Part shown: piece after piece, positions 1 to 12,666 of the stretch | Position numbering within the stretch: the stretch's first letter is position 1 | How the letters are laid out: each line of letters opens with the position of its first letter | Assembly: GCF_964355755.1 (NCBI RefSeq) | Contig: NC_092679.1 | Location: forward strand, 19,327,432 to 19,391,431 | Reading direction: 5' to 3' | DNA: 64,000 nt | Source of the DNA: Antedon mediterranea | Taxonomy: Eukaryota > Animalia > Echinodermata | Made by a program: the position numbers and the translations under genes | Notes under the pieces: generated by a model | What the model was told of the DNA's origin: nothing | The model's database searches: none | The model's input: only the letters and a program-made list of their open reading frames with translations

Positions 1-524
1 ATAATTTAATTTAGCTGTCAAATGACATTACTATAAGGCAGCTATTGCGTACCATACACAAAGTGTATCACTAAAAAATATAATACAACTTTCTGGATGA
101 TATCTTCTCCAATTTTTCAAAAAAATTCTTGAAGATCATAAACTTAAAGAGCATACATAATTTTTAATGAAATCAAGATTTGCATACTGCAAACTTGAAA
201 CCGATAATTTGAAACATGAATGTGTCTCCTTAATGGAGGTGCCTCAAAGAAGAGGGTCTAGTTTGTAATACTAATACATTTTAAAATGTTATTTTTGTGG
301 CAAAATGTTTTCTAACATACTGTAACATACACTAGACTACTTCAAATGATGTATATTATATTCCAATAGTCCTATTCATACATCATAACTTTTTATAATA
401 TTAATATTGAATTTGGCATTGACACTTAATTTTCCATCCTTTGATGCCTTTTGAAGGTCACAGATGGCTGCACTTTAAATAATATATCATAAAAGACTTG
501 TTCATATAGCATATCTAATATAAA

Positions 525-1604
525 GGGTGTCACGAAAGCTCAGACCACGAAAGCTCAGACCCCCTAAGACCTAAGATCACGAAAGCTAAGACCCAACACC
601 TAAGATTACAAATATTTATTTTTCGCACCTGCCTTGTATTTTAACTCCTAACATTTATTCTGAATACCACACCTTAGAATTGGCACTTTCATGAAAAAGA
701 ATCACATAAAAAGTAACAAATACATTTTTAAATTGATGATTTTACAGACGTTTTTCTCGCACACAAAATGACTAGCCTACAGTACAGTAGGCCTACCCCA
801 TGGGCCATGTTCAATGTTTTTGTTTCTATGGAACGTCAAAAGAGCAAAAATTATATAGAGGGCTGAAAACTCTGTGGAGTCCATCTACAGTGTGGATGGA
901 ACAATGTAAAATTAAAATTGTAATGATAATAGTATAATCATGCAAGTACGAAGAAATAAATACTGGCAAATAAATTTTAATTTAAAAATCATGATAAGTT
1001 TTTTTGTTTCGTGTTCTTTCTGTTTTTATACTTGTACTATTATTGTTGCTCTTTTGGCGCTCCATAGAAACAAAAACATTGAGCATGGGGAGCTCGAGGA
1101 GTTACATTACAGTATACAAAGAAACACATCTGTAAAATCATCAATTTAAAGGATTTATTTATTTGTTATTATGTGTTTCTCCTTCTGAAAGTACTTATAA
1201 GTCGTAATTTTAATGTGTGGTGTTCAGGATAAAGTTAGTCAACAAATTTGGAGTCAAAATACAAGAAAGGCAGGTGCGTAAGAAAAACATCCTCTGAACC
1301 AACACAATGGAGTAAATATATACCAACAAACAACCCGTCAAGTTTGTTTGTTGTAAAGAAAAAATATACATTTACTCAACGGGCGAAAATAATGTGAGTT
1401 TATCTATGTTTTGCGGTAGTATTAAATTATATTTATGGTAATAAATGAAACCTACTGTGTTTAAAACTATGTATGGATAAACAAGTATTGTTTTTAAGCT
1501 GTAGTATATCTTAGTATTTGTAATCTTAGGTGTTGGGTCTTAGCTTTCGTGATCTTAGGTCTTAGGGGGTCTGAGCTTTCGTGGTCTGAGCTTTCGTGAC
1601 ACCC
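525..1604. mobile_element. Non-autonomous foldback/Mutator-like DNA transposon (about 1.08 kb)
   Basis: About 90-bp near-perfect TIRs (GGGTGTCACGAAAGCTCAGACC... / ...GGTCTGAGCTTTCGTGACACCC) with internal sub-repeats. Direct repeat CTAATATAAA at 515-524 and 1605-1614 (9-10 bp TSD, typical of MULEs). Inner inverted arms continue (about 620-770 vs 1105-1290; about 813-852 vs 1040-1082). Confidence 0.85.
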
Positions 1605-1649
1605 CTAATATAAATTATAGAATACATTTACAATACAGTACAACAACCC

Positions 1650-2657
1650 CTTCTTTGGGACACTCCTAATTGAAAGAACACTCCTATTCAAAGGACACTC
1701 CTATTAAGAGGACAGTTGGGTTTGTGTCCCTAAGGTGTCCCCTTAATAGAATGATGTTCAAACTATACTTTTAATACACTTTACATCATAAAACCCATCC
1801 ATTGAGACACCCTTATTAAAGGGACACCTTATTAAGAGGACAGTTTGTTTTGTGTCCCCGAAGTGTCCCTTTAATAGATGTTCTAACTATACTTTTAATA
1901 CACTTTACATCATAAAACCCATCCATTGAGACACCCTTATTAAAGAGACACCTTAGACACCTTAAGAGGACAGTTTGTTTTGTGTCCCAAAATGTCCCCT
2001 TGATAGACGTTAGTATACTTTTGATACACTTTACATCATAAAACCCATCCATTGAGACACCATTATTAAAGGGACACCCTATTAAGACAGTTTGTTTTGT
2101 GTCCCCAAAGTGTCCCCTTAATAGATGTTCTAACTATACTTTTAATACACTTTACATCATAAAACCCATCCATTGAGACACCCTTATTAAAGGGACACCC
2201 CATTAAGAGGACAGTTTGTTTTGTGCCCCAAAATGTCCCCTTAATAGATGTTCAAACTATACGTTTAATAATATAATACACTTTACATCATAAAACCCAT
2301 CCATTGAGACACCATTATTAAAGGGACACCCTATTAAGAGGACAGTTTGTTTTGTGCCCCAAAATGTCCCCTTAATAGATGTTCAAACTATACTTTTAAT
2401 AATATAATACACTTTACATCATAAAACCTATCCATTGAGACACCATTATTAAAGGGACACCCTATTAAGAGGACAGTTTGTTTTGTGCCCCAAAATGTCC
2501 CCTTAATAGATGTTCAAACTATACTTTTAATAATATAATACACTTTACATCATAAAACCCATCCATTGAGACACCATTATTAAAGGGACACCCTATTAAG
2601 AGGACAGTTTGTTTTGTGCCCCAAAATGTCCCCTTAATAGACGTTAGTATATACTTT
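1650..2657. repeat. Tandem array, about 121-131 bp unit, about 8 copies
   Basis: Unit TATACTTTTAATACACTTTACATCATAAAACCCATCCATTGAGACACC...GTCCCCTTAATAGATGTTC recurs at about 1765, 1888, 2014, 2135, 2258, 2389, 2520. Confidence 0.95.
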
Positions 2658-2977
2658 TGATTTACTTTGTATAAATTTTCTTTAAACTTGAAAATTGCTT
2701 TAATTTCCTCAACATTCAATTGAGAACAGAAAGAAAGGAAGCCAACAGCAAACAACAGGAAAGCAAATTGTAAGATGAATAACCAAGACCTTTTTTTTTT
2801 ATATATATTGGAAGATTAAAATATCAGACAACAATTTTAAAAATAATACTTGATTTCCTTACATTATTAACATTTTTAATCAGTGAAAAACAGGGGTTTC
2901 CAGAAATGTACATTGCTTCATTTTTTAGTGCTTTATTTATGATGATTATTTTGTGTATGATGATGTGTAGATAATTA

Positions 2978-3321
2978 TAATACATCGTAGGCTACGAACA
3001 ATACATCATAGGCTACGAACAATACATCGTAGGTTACGAACAATACATCGTAGGTTACGAACAATACATCGTAGGCTACGAACAATACATCATAGGCTAC
3101 GAACAATACATCGTAGGCTACAAACAATACATCGTAGGCTACGAACAATACATCGTAGGCTACGAACAATACATCGTAGGTTACGAACAATACATCGTAG
3201 GCTACGAACAATACATCGTAGGCTACGAACAATACATCGTAGGTTACGAACAATACATCGTAGGCTACGAACAATACATCGTAGGTTACGAACAATACAT
3301 CGTAGGTCACAAACAATACAT
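2978..3321. repeat. 21-bp minisatellite, about 16 copies
   Basis: AATACATCGTAGG(C/T)TACGAAC repeated head to tail. Confidence 0.97.
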
Positions 3322-4887
3322 CAGTTTTAAAAATACATGAAAAATGAAGATTAATAAAATAAGATTTTATTAGGCCATTTTGAAGGTTTAATGAAGTTAT
3401 TCACTTCTGTAGAAATAAACGGGAAAAAAAACAAATAAAAATAATTATTTCACTAATATAAAAAGACAAAATAAACTGTTAATTTCAACCAAAAACTCTT
3501 TGTCTGACAGACAATTTTAAAAGTATTTTTTTCAGGTAAATAATTTTTTTCAATCCAGTTATAACAAACTGTCATGTGACAATAAAATGACATATTCCCC
3601 AATATTTAAAAAAAAATTTTTCAGGGGAACAATATAACTTTAACTTCGTTTAACTGTTTATTTGAAAAAGGTCTCAAGATCCTAAATCATTTGTAATTTG
3701 TAGTTTCATATATTAAGTAAGTAAACATGAAACTATATTTTTTGTTATCTTTGTTGAAATTTGAAAATGTGTGTTCTATTCCAAATTTACCAACAAAGGT
3801 GACCTAATTTTTGTACTAAACAATACAACATTATCATTCAATTGAAAATGAAAGTATAGTCAAGTCTAGCTGTTATCTAGTATGAATTACACAACAAATT
3901 TGACAAACAAAAGTACAATAGATTTTGTGAACCATGTTATTTTGAAACCGTTTTAACCACATTCAAACAGATTATAATACTAAATATAGTTAGTCACTTC
4001 AGGATTTTTTTGAAAAAGTTTACAGTTTCAGGAAGTACAGTATGATGTACAGTAGACAAATGTTTTAATATTTTTTTAATTATTTTTACAAAGTATTACA
4101 ATTACATTGCAGTTATTTAAAAGAATAGTGCCTCTGCAGGGAAAAATTTCATTTTAAAATTTTGTTTAGCAATATTGCTAATCAAACTGATTTTTGAGTC
4201 GAGAAACATAGTTTTGTATTGTATTTTTTGCTACACAATTTAAAATATCTGTAGCAAAAAGGTTGTTTTGTATAGCTTTTTGCTATGCTACACTGGCGAA
4301 ATTATTCCCTGCTCTGTTGTGTAAGGAAATAATAAAAGTTATTATCATTATTGTTATTATGCAATTCAATCAATTTTTGGAAAAATATAAAAAAATATTA
4401 AGTAAAGGTAATGACTTATGTGAATGTTGAACCTGGGTGTTATGCTTGATGTACTGTAGCCACCATTGTTTGCTGAGTATTATTCCATTGGGGGCTTTCT
4501 CATGGTATGCTAAGGTTTGACTGTAGCCATAGCATAGCAACCAAATGCTCTGCAGTCAGGCCTATAGCAATCCTACATGAAAGCCCCAGTTGTCTATGGG
4601 TCTACATATCAAGCGGAACATACAGCTTCAACATTAACTGAAAATTCTTTCAGTTATATTAATGTCCCTTTAAAAAAATAATTTTTTAAAGGGTCGTTGT
4701 TGAAATGCCACTTTAATGTCCATATTCACTTTTAATGAAAATTGGATCAGAAAATATGTCTTTACATGAAAAACCTGTAATTTTTAAATTACATGTTTTT
4801 ATGGATGTTATTGTTAAATACTAATTTATACTTGTAATACTTTTCTGCTTTTATTTTTAATATACAGTAGTAGTTATTCTATATTTA

Positions 4888-5035
4888 AGCTCTGTCTATA
4901 CTTTCAAACTTTATGTGAGAAAAAAACGTGATGTACCATATTTGGGTATATCACTACCATATTTGGGAAAAAACTACCATTATTTGGGCACATCACACTT
5001 TTTTGTCAAACTATTTTGATAGTGTAGACAAAGCT
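4888..5035. mobile_element. PIF/Harbinger-type MITE, family A
   Basis: TIR AGCTCTGTCTA(T/C)AC...GTGTAGACA(A/G)AGCT flanked by TTA/TTA. About 13 copies in the window (also about 16255, 17701, 28456, 29382, 31393, 33212, 33563, 39798, 44334, 50034, 57699, 60419). Confidence 0.8.
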
Positions 5036-5078
5036 TTAAACAAAAAATTGATACAAAGAAAGTGATGAATTATCTTAC

Positions 5079-8000
5079 CAATCTTGATGCGTATCTTCTG
5101 ACACGGAAAAACATGACGACAATAAGTGTTGGCAGGAACTCCCACAGAAATAATATTATACAGAAAGTTATGAAACGGTATCCTTTTAGATTCCGATAGT
5201 CAGCCTAGAAAAAAATATTATTTGTTAGAACTTTGCTAAAACTGAGTGTTAATTAGGAGTGGGAACATTATTTTTGTTATCCTAGCCACATCCTGTCTAA
5301 AAGCCTTTAGCTTTTCAGTGTTTTAATCTAGAATTTTACACAATTTTTAACCAACTTTTAAAGATGTATTTTCCCCTGAAAACATGAAAAATATAAAATT
5401 TTGAGTATGCCATTTTGTTTTCATGGTACAATATCTTTTTTAAAAGATTTTTATTTGGTTTTCTTATCTTTAATGTATTGTTGTAATGTAAACAAACGCC
5501 TACAAGTTCAAACCACGTAATGTGATTAAGAATAATCGTGACATTAGAACTCACTTGGTCAGAAACATTTGGCCAACTGTACCCAAAATTCTCTTGGTTG
5601 TTGCAGGCCACAGCAATAATGTTGTACGCTGTCCTTGTAAGGTACAGGAACGTAATGATAATGCAGGCTGCTGTTGCATGGCATACTGTTGTTCCCTGAC
5701 AAAAGAAACAAAAAATAAAATAAAACGATCCGTCGGGTTGCAGAACAATAATCATTATTTTAAAAAGACAAATTTTATTAATTTACCGTGCTTATTTATT
5801 AAACTAAGTCTCAATTGAGGCTTAGGGAGTGAAGTTGAAAGAGTTATCAGTTACAAACCCTGGTACTAGGTCAGGATTTATTTATTCTTTCCTCATCTAC
5901 TGTAGGGGCTATTTTTAATCAAATTTAATGACATGAAAGTAGATCCACACTAGTACCCTTTTCACATTGTTTTTGGACTCCGACACAGACTAGGCTAGGG
6001 CATCAACACCAGTGTTTTGTATGGTGTGCACTCCAATGTACTGACACAGACTAGGCTAGGGCATCAACACCAGTGTTTTGTATGGTGTGCACTCCAATGT
6101 ACTGACATAGACCGACACAGACTAGGCTAGGGCATCAACACCAGTGTTTTGTATGGTGTGCACTCCAATGTACTGACACCGACTGACACAGACTAGGCTA
6201 GGGCATCAACACCAGTGTTTTGTATGGTGTGCACCCCAATGACAATGTAAACAAACTCCAGAGTTTTGCAAGGCGATGCAATTGAAAGGGTTATGTTTAT
6301 TCCCTTCTGCACGGTCAGCAATACAGTAAATCACTACCTTATCATATTGAATAAACTAATAACGGCAATGTTAGTTTATCCAGTTAAGTTATCACAATAG
6401 TCAGATATTTACTCTAAGTAAATATCAATATTGAATATTTATCACATGACATGTGTATCCGATAATACAACAAATAAAAAGGTGCCTGGCAAAATTTATA
6501 TAATATTTCTAGCACAGAACATTTCTTATAGTATTTTCAATATACAATAATTTTTATATGGTAATATATAAAATTTTAGATTTCAATCTATTTCAAATGT
6601 TGCAATAACCGTATCATACAGATTGTAATTATGGTCTGATGTCAAATAGGCTTATCAGATAATTTCCTTCATTAGGTCAAATTCTGTGAGGCCTTAAGGA
6701 TTTTGGAAAAACAATTTTTAATATATCACACAGCAGGTCAGCCCGTCAATATGTATTTTGCTATTGTTCTTGGCTAAGACACTGGGGACCATTTGATCCA
6801 TGTAGATAAATCATAACATGAACGATCTATTAATGATTTTTTTTTAAAGACATATCAGCAATTTTCAACAAATTTGTGTTCTTATTGTATTCTAAAACAG
6901 TTATTAATGCATGCATGTTGCAAAAATATGTCAAAGCTTTACTCAATATAAATTAGAGAGGAAATATTGTAGCTACAATTTGTTCATACACATAAAAAAC
7001 CGAGAAACTCTCCAATTTCAGGTTGGATCAACTAAATTGCTTTTAAATCAAGTCTAAATTCAGGCTTAGGAAATGGAGTACAAAACAGTACATAACCTTT
7101 GTACTAGCATTGAACGTGTCCAACAGAAATTAAAACCAGGCGGCAACAACACCTATACCTACCCTTGCTTCTAACAGTACGTTTGCTGATGTCATTCTTG
7201 CTAATTTCCATATTACGATAGATAATGAAATTCCACCAGTGAAAAACAATATACCACTAATTATCACTCGTAGATGTACAATTATGTCCTTCTCAAATTT
7301 TGTAGAAAGTATTACCGCTAATAGATTGACTAAAAAGAATGTTATAACTAAAAATGCAACACCAGTCCGAAGAAGCAGTTTTTTCCTCTTGTATTTCTCT
7401 GGTTCATACCTTATCTTTGCTTTAAAAACAACCTGAAAAATGAAAGAGAACAAAACAATTCATTTGTTGGTTGATTTTTCTATACCAGTTTGGTACGGAT
7501 TTAATGCCATCTTTTATTTAATTAAACTTTCTCAACATGACTCATGCATTTAGAATTTGTTTCATCTTTAATGTGTTAAGATTGAATAACTTTTTATAAT
7601 TCGGACTACACAAGATTAAATTTCAAAAACAGATAGTTCTCAAACTTAACGCTGTGGTTAGGCTTCATGAAATGCAACTGCACAACGTTGGAGATCAGAC
7701 ACTTTTGTAATCGATACGCATGAGAAGAGGCAAAAAAAGACGAATAAAGAGAATCGAACCCACAACCCTGCGATCTCAAGTCAGTCAAACAAATTAAGAC
7801 TTTAAATACGCTGTGCAATTTACTGTGAAAATATGTATTGGGTATTTTATTTAATTAATCAACCAATCACAATAGTGCGCATGTCGGAACTGTAACCACA
7901 TTTCGTAAGCTAAAACACGCACCTGTCCAAAGTATACTATAAGAAGACAAAGTGTTGTAAACTGGAGGCACACCGGAAAGCAATATAACAAGAAATATGC

Positions 8001-8318
8001 GCACAAATTCAATGTGTTCGCTAAATCACAATTGAAAATGTAAAAAGAAAACAATGTAGTCCTCAATGCTGCCCATATTAAACAGAGAAAAAGAAATACT
8101 GTTTGATAGCTTTTCCGTTTGTGTTTGTAGTATAAAATTAAGAACAACTGGACGTAAACAAAGAAGAACAGAAAGCTGTAGAGAACGATGAAAGTGATGG
8201 TAAAGCTTAGCTCAACACTTGGTGGGACAGCAGGTCCTGTGATGGGCACAGCAGGTGGCTCAGTCTCAGACGCCGATCGCATTTCCAGCCTCGAACTTGA
8301 CATTGCACTCGTTTTCAT
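5079..8318 (-). CDS. GPR137B: Integral membrane protein GPR137B/TM7SF1-like (lysosomal 7-TM), 3'-partial
   Basis: Exons 8318-7923, 7432-7163, 5695-5555, 5204-5079, all phase 0 with GT-AG. Motifs YKHKRKSYQTVFLFLCLIWAALRTTLFSFY, YCFPVCLQFTTLCLL, WPNVSDQAD and LWEFLPTLIVVMFFRV match the GPR137 family. Start may be ATG 8318, 8303 or 8282. The cytoplasmic tail exons were not found in 1-5078 and probably lie left of the window. The paralog letter B is nominal. Confidence 0.9.
5953..6293. repeat. 60-70 bp tandem repeat (4 copies) inside a small TIR element
   Basis: GACACAGACTAGGCTAGGGCATCAACACCAGTGTTTTGTATGGTGTGCACTCCAATGTACT x4 at about 5981-6240, bounded by TACCCTTTTCACATTG...CAATTGAAAGGGTTA. A related element without the array is at about 31525-31632. 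Confidence 0.85.
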
Positions 8319-9376
8319 CTTGTTGAAGAGACGAACCAAAATGACGTATACCACTAATGATACATTTTCACTTTATTGTTCAATTTTTTTGTTGCTGAAA
8401 TTAAACTCGGAAAAGCTCAGTAAACTTGAATTTGTGGGTAGTTGGCTAACATTCTCTCCAACAAGAAGGTTGACGTACGTTCGCGAACAGAATTTGTTGA
8501 ATGTGATCGATTTCCTCGGTGAATTCCATTGAACTTTGACCGATATTTAAAATTGATGGCGCACTTCAGAATTTGAGGCACAATCATTTTCATACATCAC
8601 CTTTACAATAAATCGTTGCTGAGACTTTTGACGAATTTTTCAACTTAGTATAAGCATGTGGAGGAAATATCCATGGTATAAGCATGGAAGAAAAATTATA
8701 TTAAAAACATTATATAATGTTTTCCTCTATGTTATAAGCTAGTAACTTAATGATACATGCCGGGAATAATAATTCTGTGGACATACCAAACGACATAACC
8801 TTATTCTCTGTTATTGAGTTAAAGTTTGCAAACAATTTCGTTTTTTAGCATTTAAGAAAATTATTTTATTTTCGTTTATGACTGCAAATGATAAACTGTA
8901 CCGAGTTGAATAAGAAATAGAAGTTGATTGAGAGGATGTGTTGAGTCGTGATCTATATTTCCAAAACGACCTATCGATACCTTTAGATATAATTAGTGTA
9001 GTATGATATCATTATTCTTATCATATATATATTATATTTTTGGAGGATTGCTATTTAGCCTCATCATGTATCATTATTTTTTGTCTAAAATTGCTCTTAT
9101 TATTTTTCGTTTTTGTGCAGCCTTCGCAAACTGTCTTTGGCTTCTCTAATATAGATGCCAAAACTCTGGATTTAACCAAAGACCTCAGATAAACAGTATT
9201 AATATTTTAATAACTGAAAAGAAAAACTGGACTACAAAAGTTGACAACATTTAAATAATGTATGTGTAGATGTGTCTGTGGTGGTCGGGGTGTTGGGGCA
9301 GCAGTGGAGGGTTGAATTTATTTATTTGTTGTTTGTTGCGTTTTTATGTTTGTTCTAATTGTGGTGTGATAATAAA

Positions 9377-12300
9377 TAGGATTTAGTCTAGCACTGTGTC
9401 CTACTATACCCATTTTGGTTGTACTCGCGCACGTCCATAGTGATAGGATTTAGTCTAGCACTGTGTCCTACTATACCCATTTTGGTTGTACTCGCGCACG
9501 TCCATAGTGATAGGATTTAGTCTAGCACTGTGTCCTACTATACCCATTTTGGTTGTACTCGCGCACGTCCATAGTGATAGGATTTAGTTTAGCACTGTGT
9601 CATACTATACCCATTTTGGTTGTACTCGCGCACGTCCATAGTGATAGGATTTAGTCTAGCACTGTGCCCTACTATACCCATTTTGGTTGTACTCGCGCAC
9701 GTCCACAGTGATAGGATTTAGTTTAGCACTGTGTCATACTATACCCATTTTGGTTGTACTCGCGCACGTCCACAGTGATAGGATTTAGTCTAGCACTGTG
9801 CCCTACCCATTTTGGTTGTACTCGCGCACGTCCACAGTGATAGGATTTAGTTTAGCACTGTGTCATACTATACCCATTTTGGTTGTACTCGCGCACGTCC
9901 ATAGTGATAGGATTTAGTCTAGCACTGTGTCATACTATACCCATTTTGGTTGTACTCGCGCACGTCCACAGTGATAGGATTTAGTCTAGCACTGTACCCT
10001 ACTATACCCATTTTGGTTGTACTCGCGCACGTCCACAGTGATAGGATTTAGTCTAGCACTGTACCCTACTATACCCATTTTGGTTGTACTCGCGCACGTC
10101 CATAGTGATAGGATTTAGTCTAGCACTGTGCCCTACTATACCCATTTTGGTTGTACTCGCGCACGTCCACAGTGATAGGATTTAGTCTAGCACTGTGTCA
10201 TACTATACCCATTTTGGTTGTACTCGCGCACGTCCATAGTGATAGGATTTAGTCTAGCACTGTGCCCTACCCATTTTGGTTGTACTCGCGCACGTCCATA
10301 GTGATAGGATTTAGTCTAGCACTGTACCCTACTATACCCATTTTGGTTGTACTCGCGCACGTCCATAGTGATAGGATTTAGTCTAGCACTGTGTCATACT
10401 ATACCCATTTTGGTTGTACTCGCGCACGTCCATAGTGATAGGATTTAGTCTAGCACTGTGTCATACTATACCCATTTTGGTTGTACTCGCGCACGTCCAC
10501 AGTGATAGGATTTAGTCTAGCACTGTGTCATACTATACCCATTTTGGTTGTACTCGCGCACGTCCACAGTGATAGGATTTAGTCTAGCACTGTACCCTAC
10601 TATACCCATTTTGGTTGTACTCGCGCACGTCCATAGTGATAGGATTTAGTCTAGCACTGTGTCATACTATACCCATTTTGGTTGTACTCGCGCACGTCCA
10701 TAGTGATAGGATTTAGTCTAGCACTGTGCCCTACCCATTTTGGTTGTACTCGCGCACGTCCATAGTGATAGGATTTAGTTTAGCACTGTGTCATACTATA
10801 CCCATTTTGGTTGTACTCGCGCACGTCCACAGTGATAGGATTTAGTCTAGCACTGTACCCTACTATACCCATTTTGGTTGTACTCGCGCACGTCCATAGT
10901 GATAGGATTTAGTCTAGCACTGTACCCTACTATACCCATTTTGGTTGTACTCGCGCACGTCCACAGTGATAGGATTTAGTCTAGCACTGTACCCTACTAT
11001 ACCCATTTTGGTTGTACTCGCGCACGTCCATAGTGATAGGATTTAGTCTAGCACTGTACCCTACTATACCCATTTTGGTTGTACTCGCGCACGTCCACAG
11101 TGATAGGATTTAGTTTAGCACTGTGTCATACTATACCCATTTTGGTTGTACTCGCGCACGTCCATAGTGATAGGATTTAGTCTAGCACTGTACCCTACTA
11201 TACCCATTTTGGTTGTACTCGCGCACGTCCATAGTGATAGGATTTAGTTTAGCACTGTACCCTACTATACCCATTTTGGTTGTACTCGCGCACGTCCATA
11301 GTGATAGGATTTAGTCTAGCACTGTACCCTACTATACCCATTTTGGTTGTACTCGCGCACGTCCATAGTGATAGGATTTAGTTTAGCACTGTGTCATACT
11401 ATACCCATTTTGGTTGTACTCGCGCACGTCCACAGTGATAGGATTTAGTCTAGCACTGTGCCCTACCCATTTTGGTTGTACTCGCGCACGTCCATAGTGA
11501 TAGGATTTAGTCTAGCACTGTACCCTACTATACCCATTTTGGTTGTACTCGCGCACGTCCACAGTGATAGGATTTAGTCTAGCACTGTACCCTACTATAC
11601 CCATTTTGGTTGTACTCGCGCACGTCCATAGTGATAGGATTTAGTTTAGCACTGTGTCATACTATACCCATTTTGGTTGTACTCGCGCACGTCCATAGTG
11701 ATAGGATTTAGTCTAGCACTGTGCCCTACTATACCCATTTTGGTTGTACTCGCGCACGTCCATAGTGATAGGATTTAGTTTAGCACTGTGTCATACTATA
11801 CCCATTTTGGTTGTACTCGCGCACGTCCGCAGTGATAGGATTTAGTCTAGCACTGTGCCCTACTATACCCATTTTGGTTGTACTCGCGCACGTCCATAGT
11901 GATAGGATTTAGTTTAGCACTGTGTCATACTATACCCATTTTGGTTGTACTCGCGCACGTCCACAGTGATAGGATTTAGTCTAGCACTGTGCCATACTAT
12001 ACCCATTTTGGTTGTACTCGCGCACGTCCATAGTGATAGGATTTAGTCTAGCACTGTGCCATACTATACCCATTTTGGTTGTACTCGCGCACGTCCATAG
12101 TGATAGGATTTAGTCTAGCACTGTGCCCTATACCCATTTTGGTTGTACTCGCGCACGTCCACGGTGATAGGATTTAGTCTAGCACTGTGCCCTACCCATT
12201 TTGGTTGTACTCGCGCACGTCCATAGTGATAGGATTTAGTCTAGCACTGTACGCATTTGGTATAGTAGTACTGTACTTGCGCACAGTGATAATAAATAGG

Positions 12301-12400
12301 ATTTAGTTTAGCACTGTACGCTACTATACCCATTTTTTGGTTGTACTAGCGCACAGTGATAATAATAGGATTAGGTTTACCACTGTGCGCTACTATACCC
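9377..12400. repeat. 67-bp satellite array, about 43 homogeneous units plus a degenerate right edge
   Basis: TAGGATTTAGTCTAGCACTGTGTCCTACTATACCCATTTTGGTTGTACTCGCGCACGTCCATAGTGA tandemly repeated 9377-about 12250, diverged copies to about 12400. Confidence 0.98.
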
Positions 12401-12666
12401 TATGGGCCCTCATCTTAACCAAACACCATTGTCTAACAGACAATTTTAAGTATTTTTTTTCGATCCAGTTTTTGGTCTAAGTGAATATATTTTTTGTGAC
12501 ATTAAAATGGCATATTCGACAAAAAAATTGTTTAGGGGGACAATATATCTTTAAAGAATATTTTATTTCAAATTATAAAATTTTTTCGGCTATTAGAGGG
12601 CGCACCTTCAAAATTGGGGCTCTTCATAATCAATTACAAAAGTATTTACAAATATTTTGGTAAAAA

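Noticed and set aside
1816-2755. Two similar 78-aa ORFs
   Set aside because: Artefacts of the ~125-bp tandem array.
2975-3316. 113-aa ORF (YDVLFVA)n
   Set aside because: Translation of a 21-bp intronic minisatellite; no splice or start support.
1-5078. Terminal GPR137 exons (expected FFDNPRRYDSD-like motif)
   Set aside because: Motif not found by eye on the minus strand. A candidate acceptor near 4636 gives only LMLKLYVPLDM* with no family similarity.
9121-9196. Possible + strand exon after TTTTTGTGCAG
   Set aside because: Good acceptor, but no convincing donor or recognisable ORF; it could be a UTR exon but is unsupported.
9377-12400. CRISPR-like regular array
   Set aside because: Units are contiguous near-identical repeats with no unique spacers, there are no cas genes, and the context is eukaryotic; it is a satellite.
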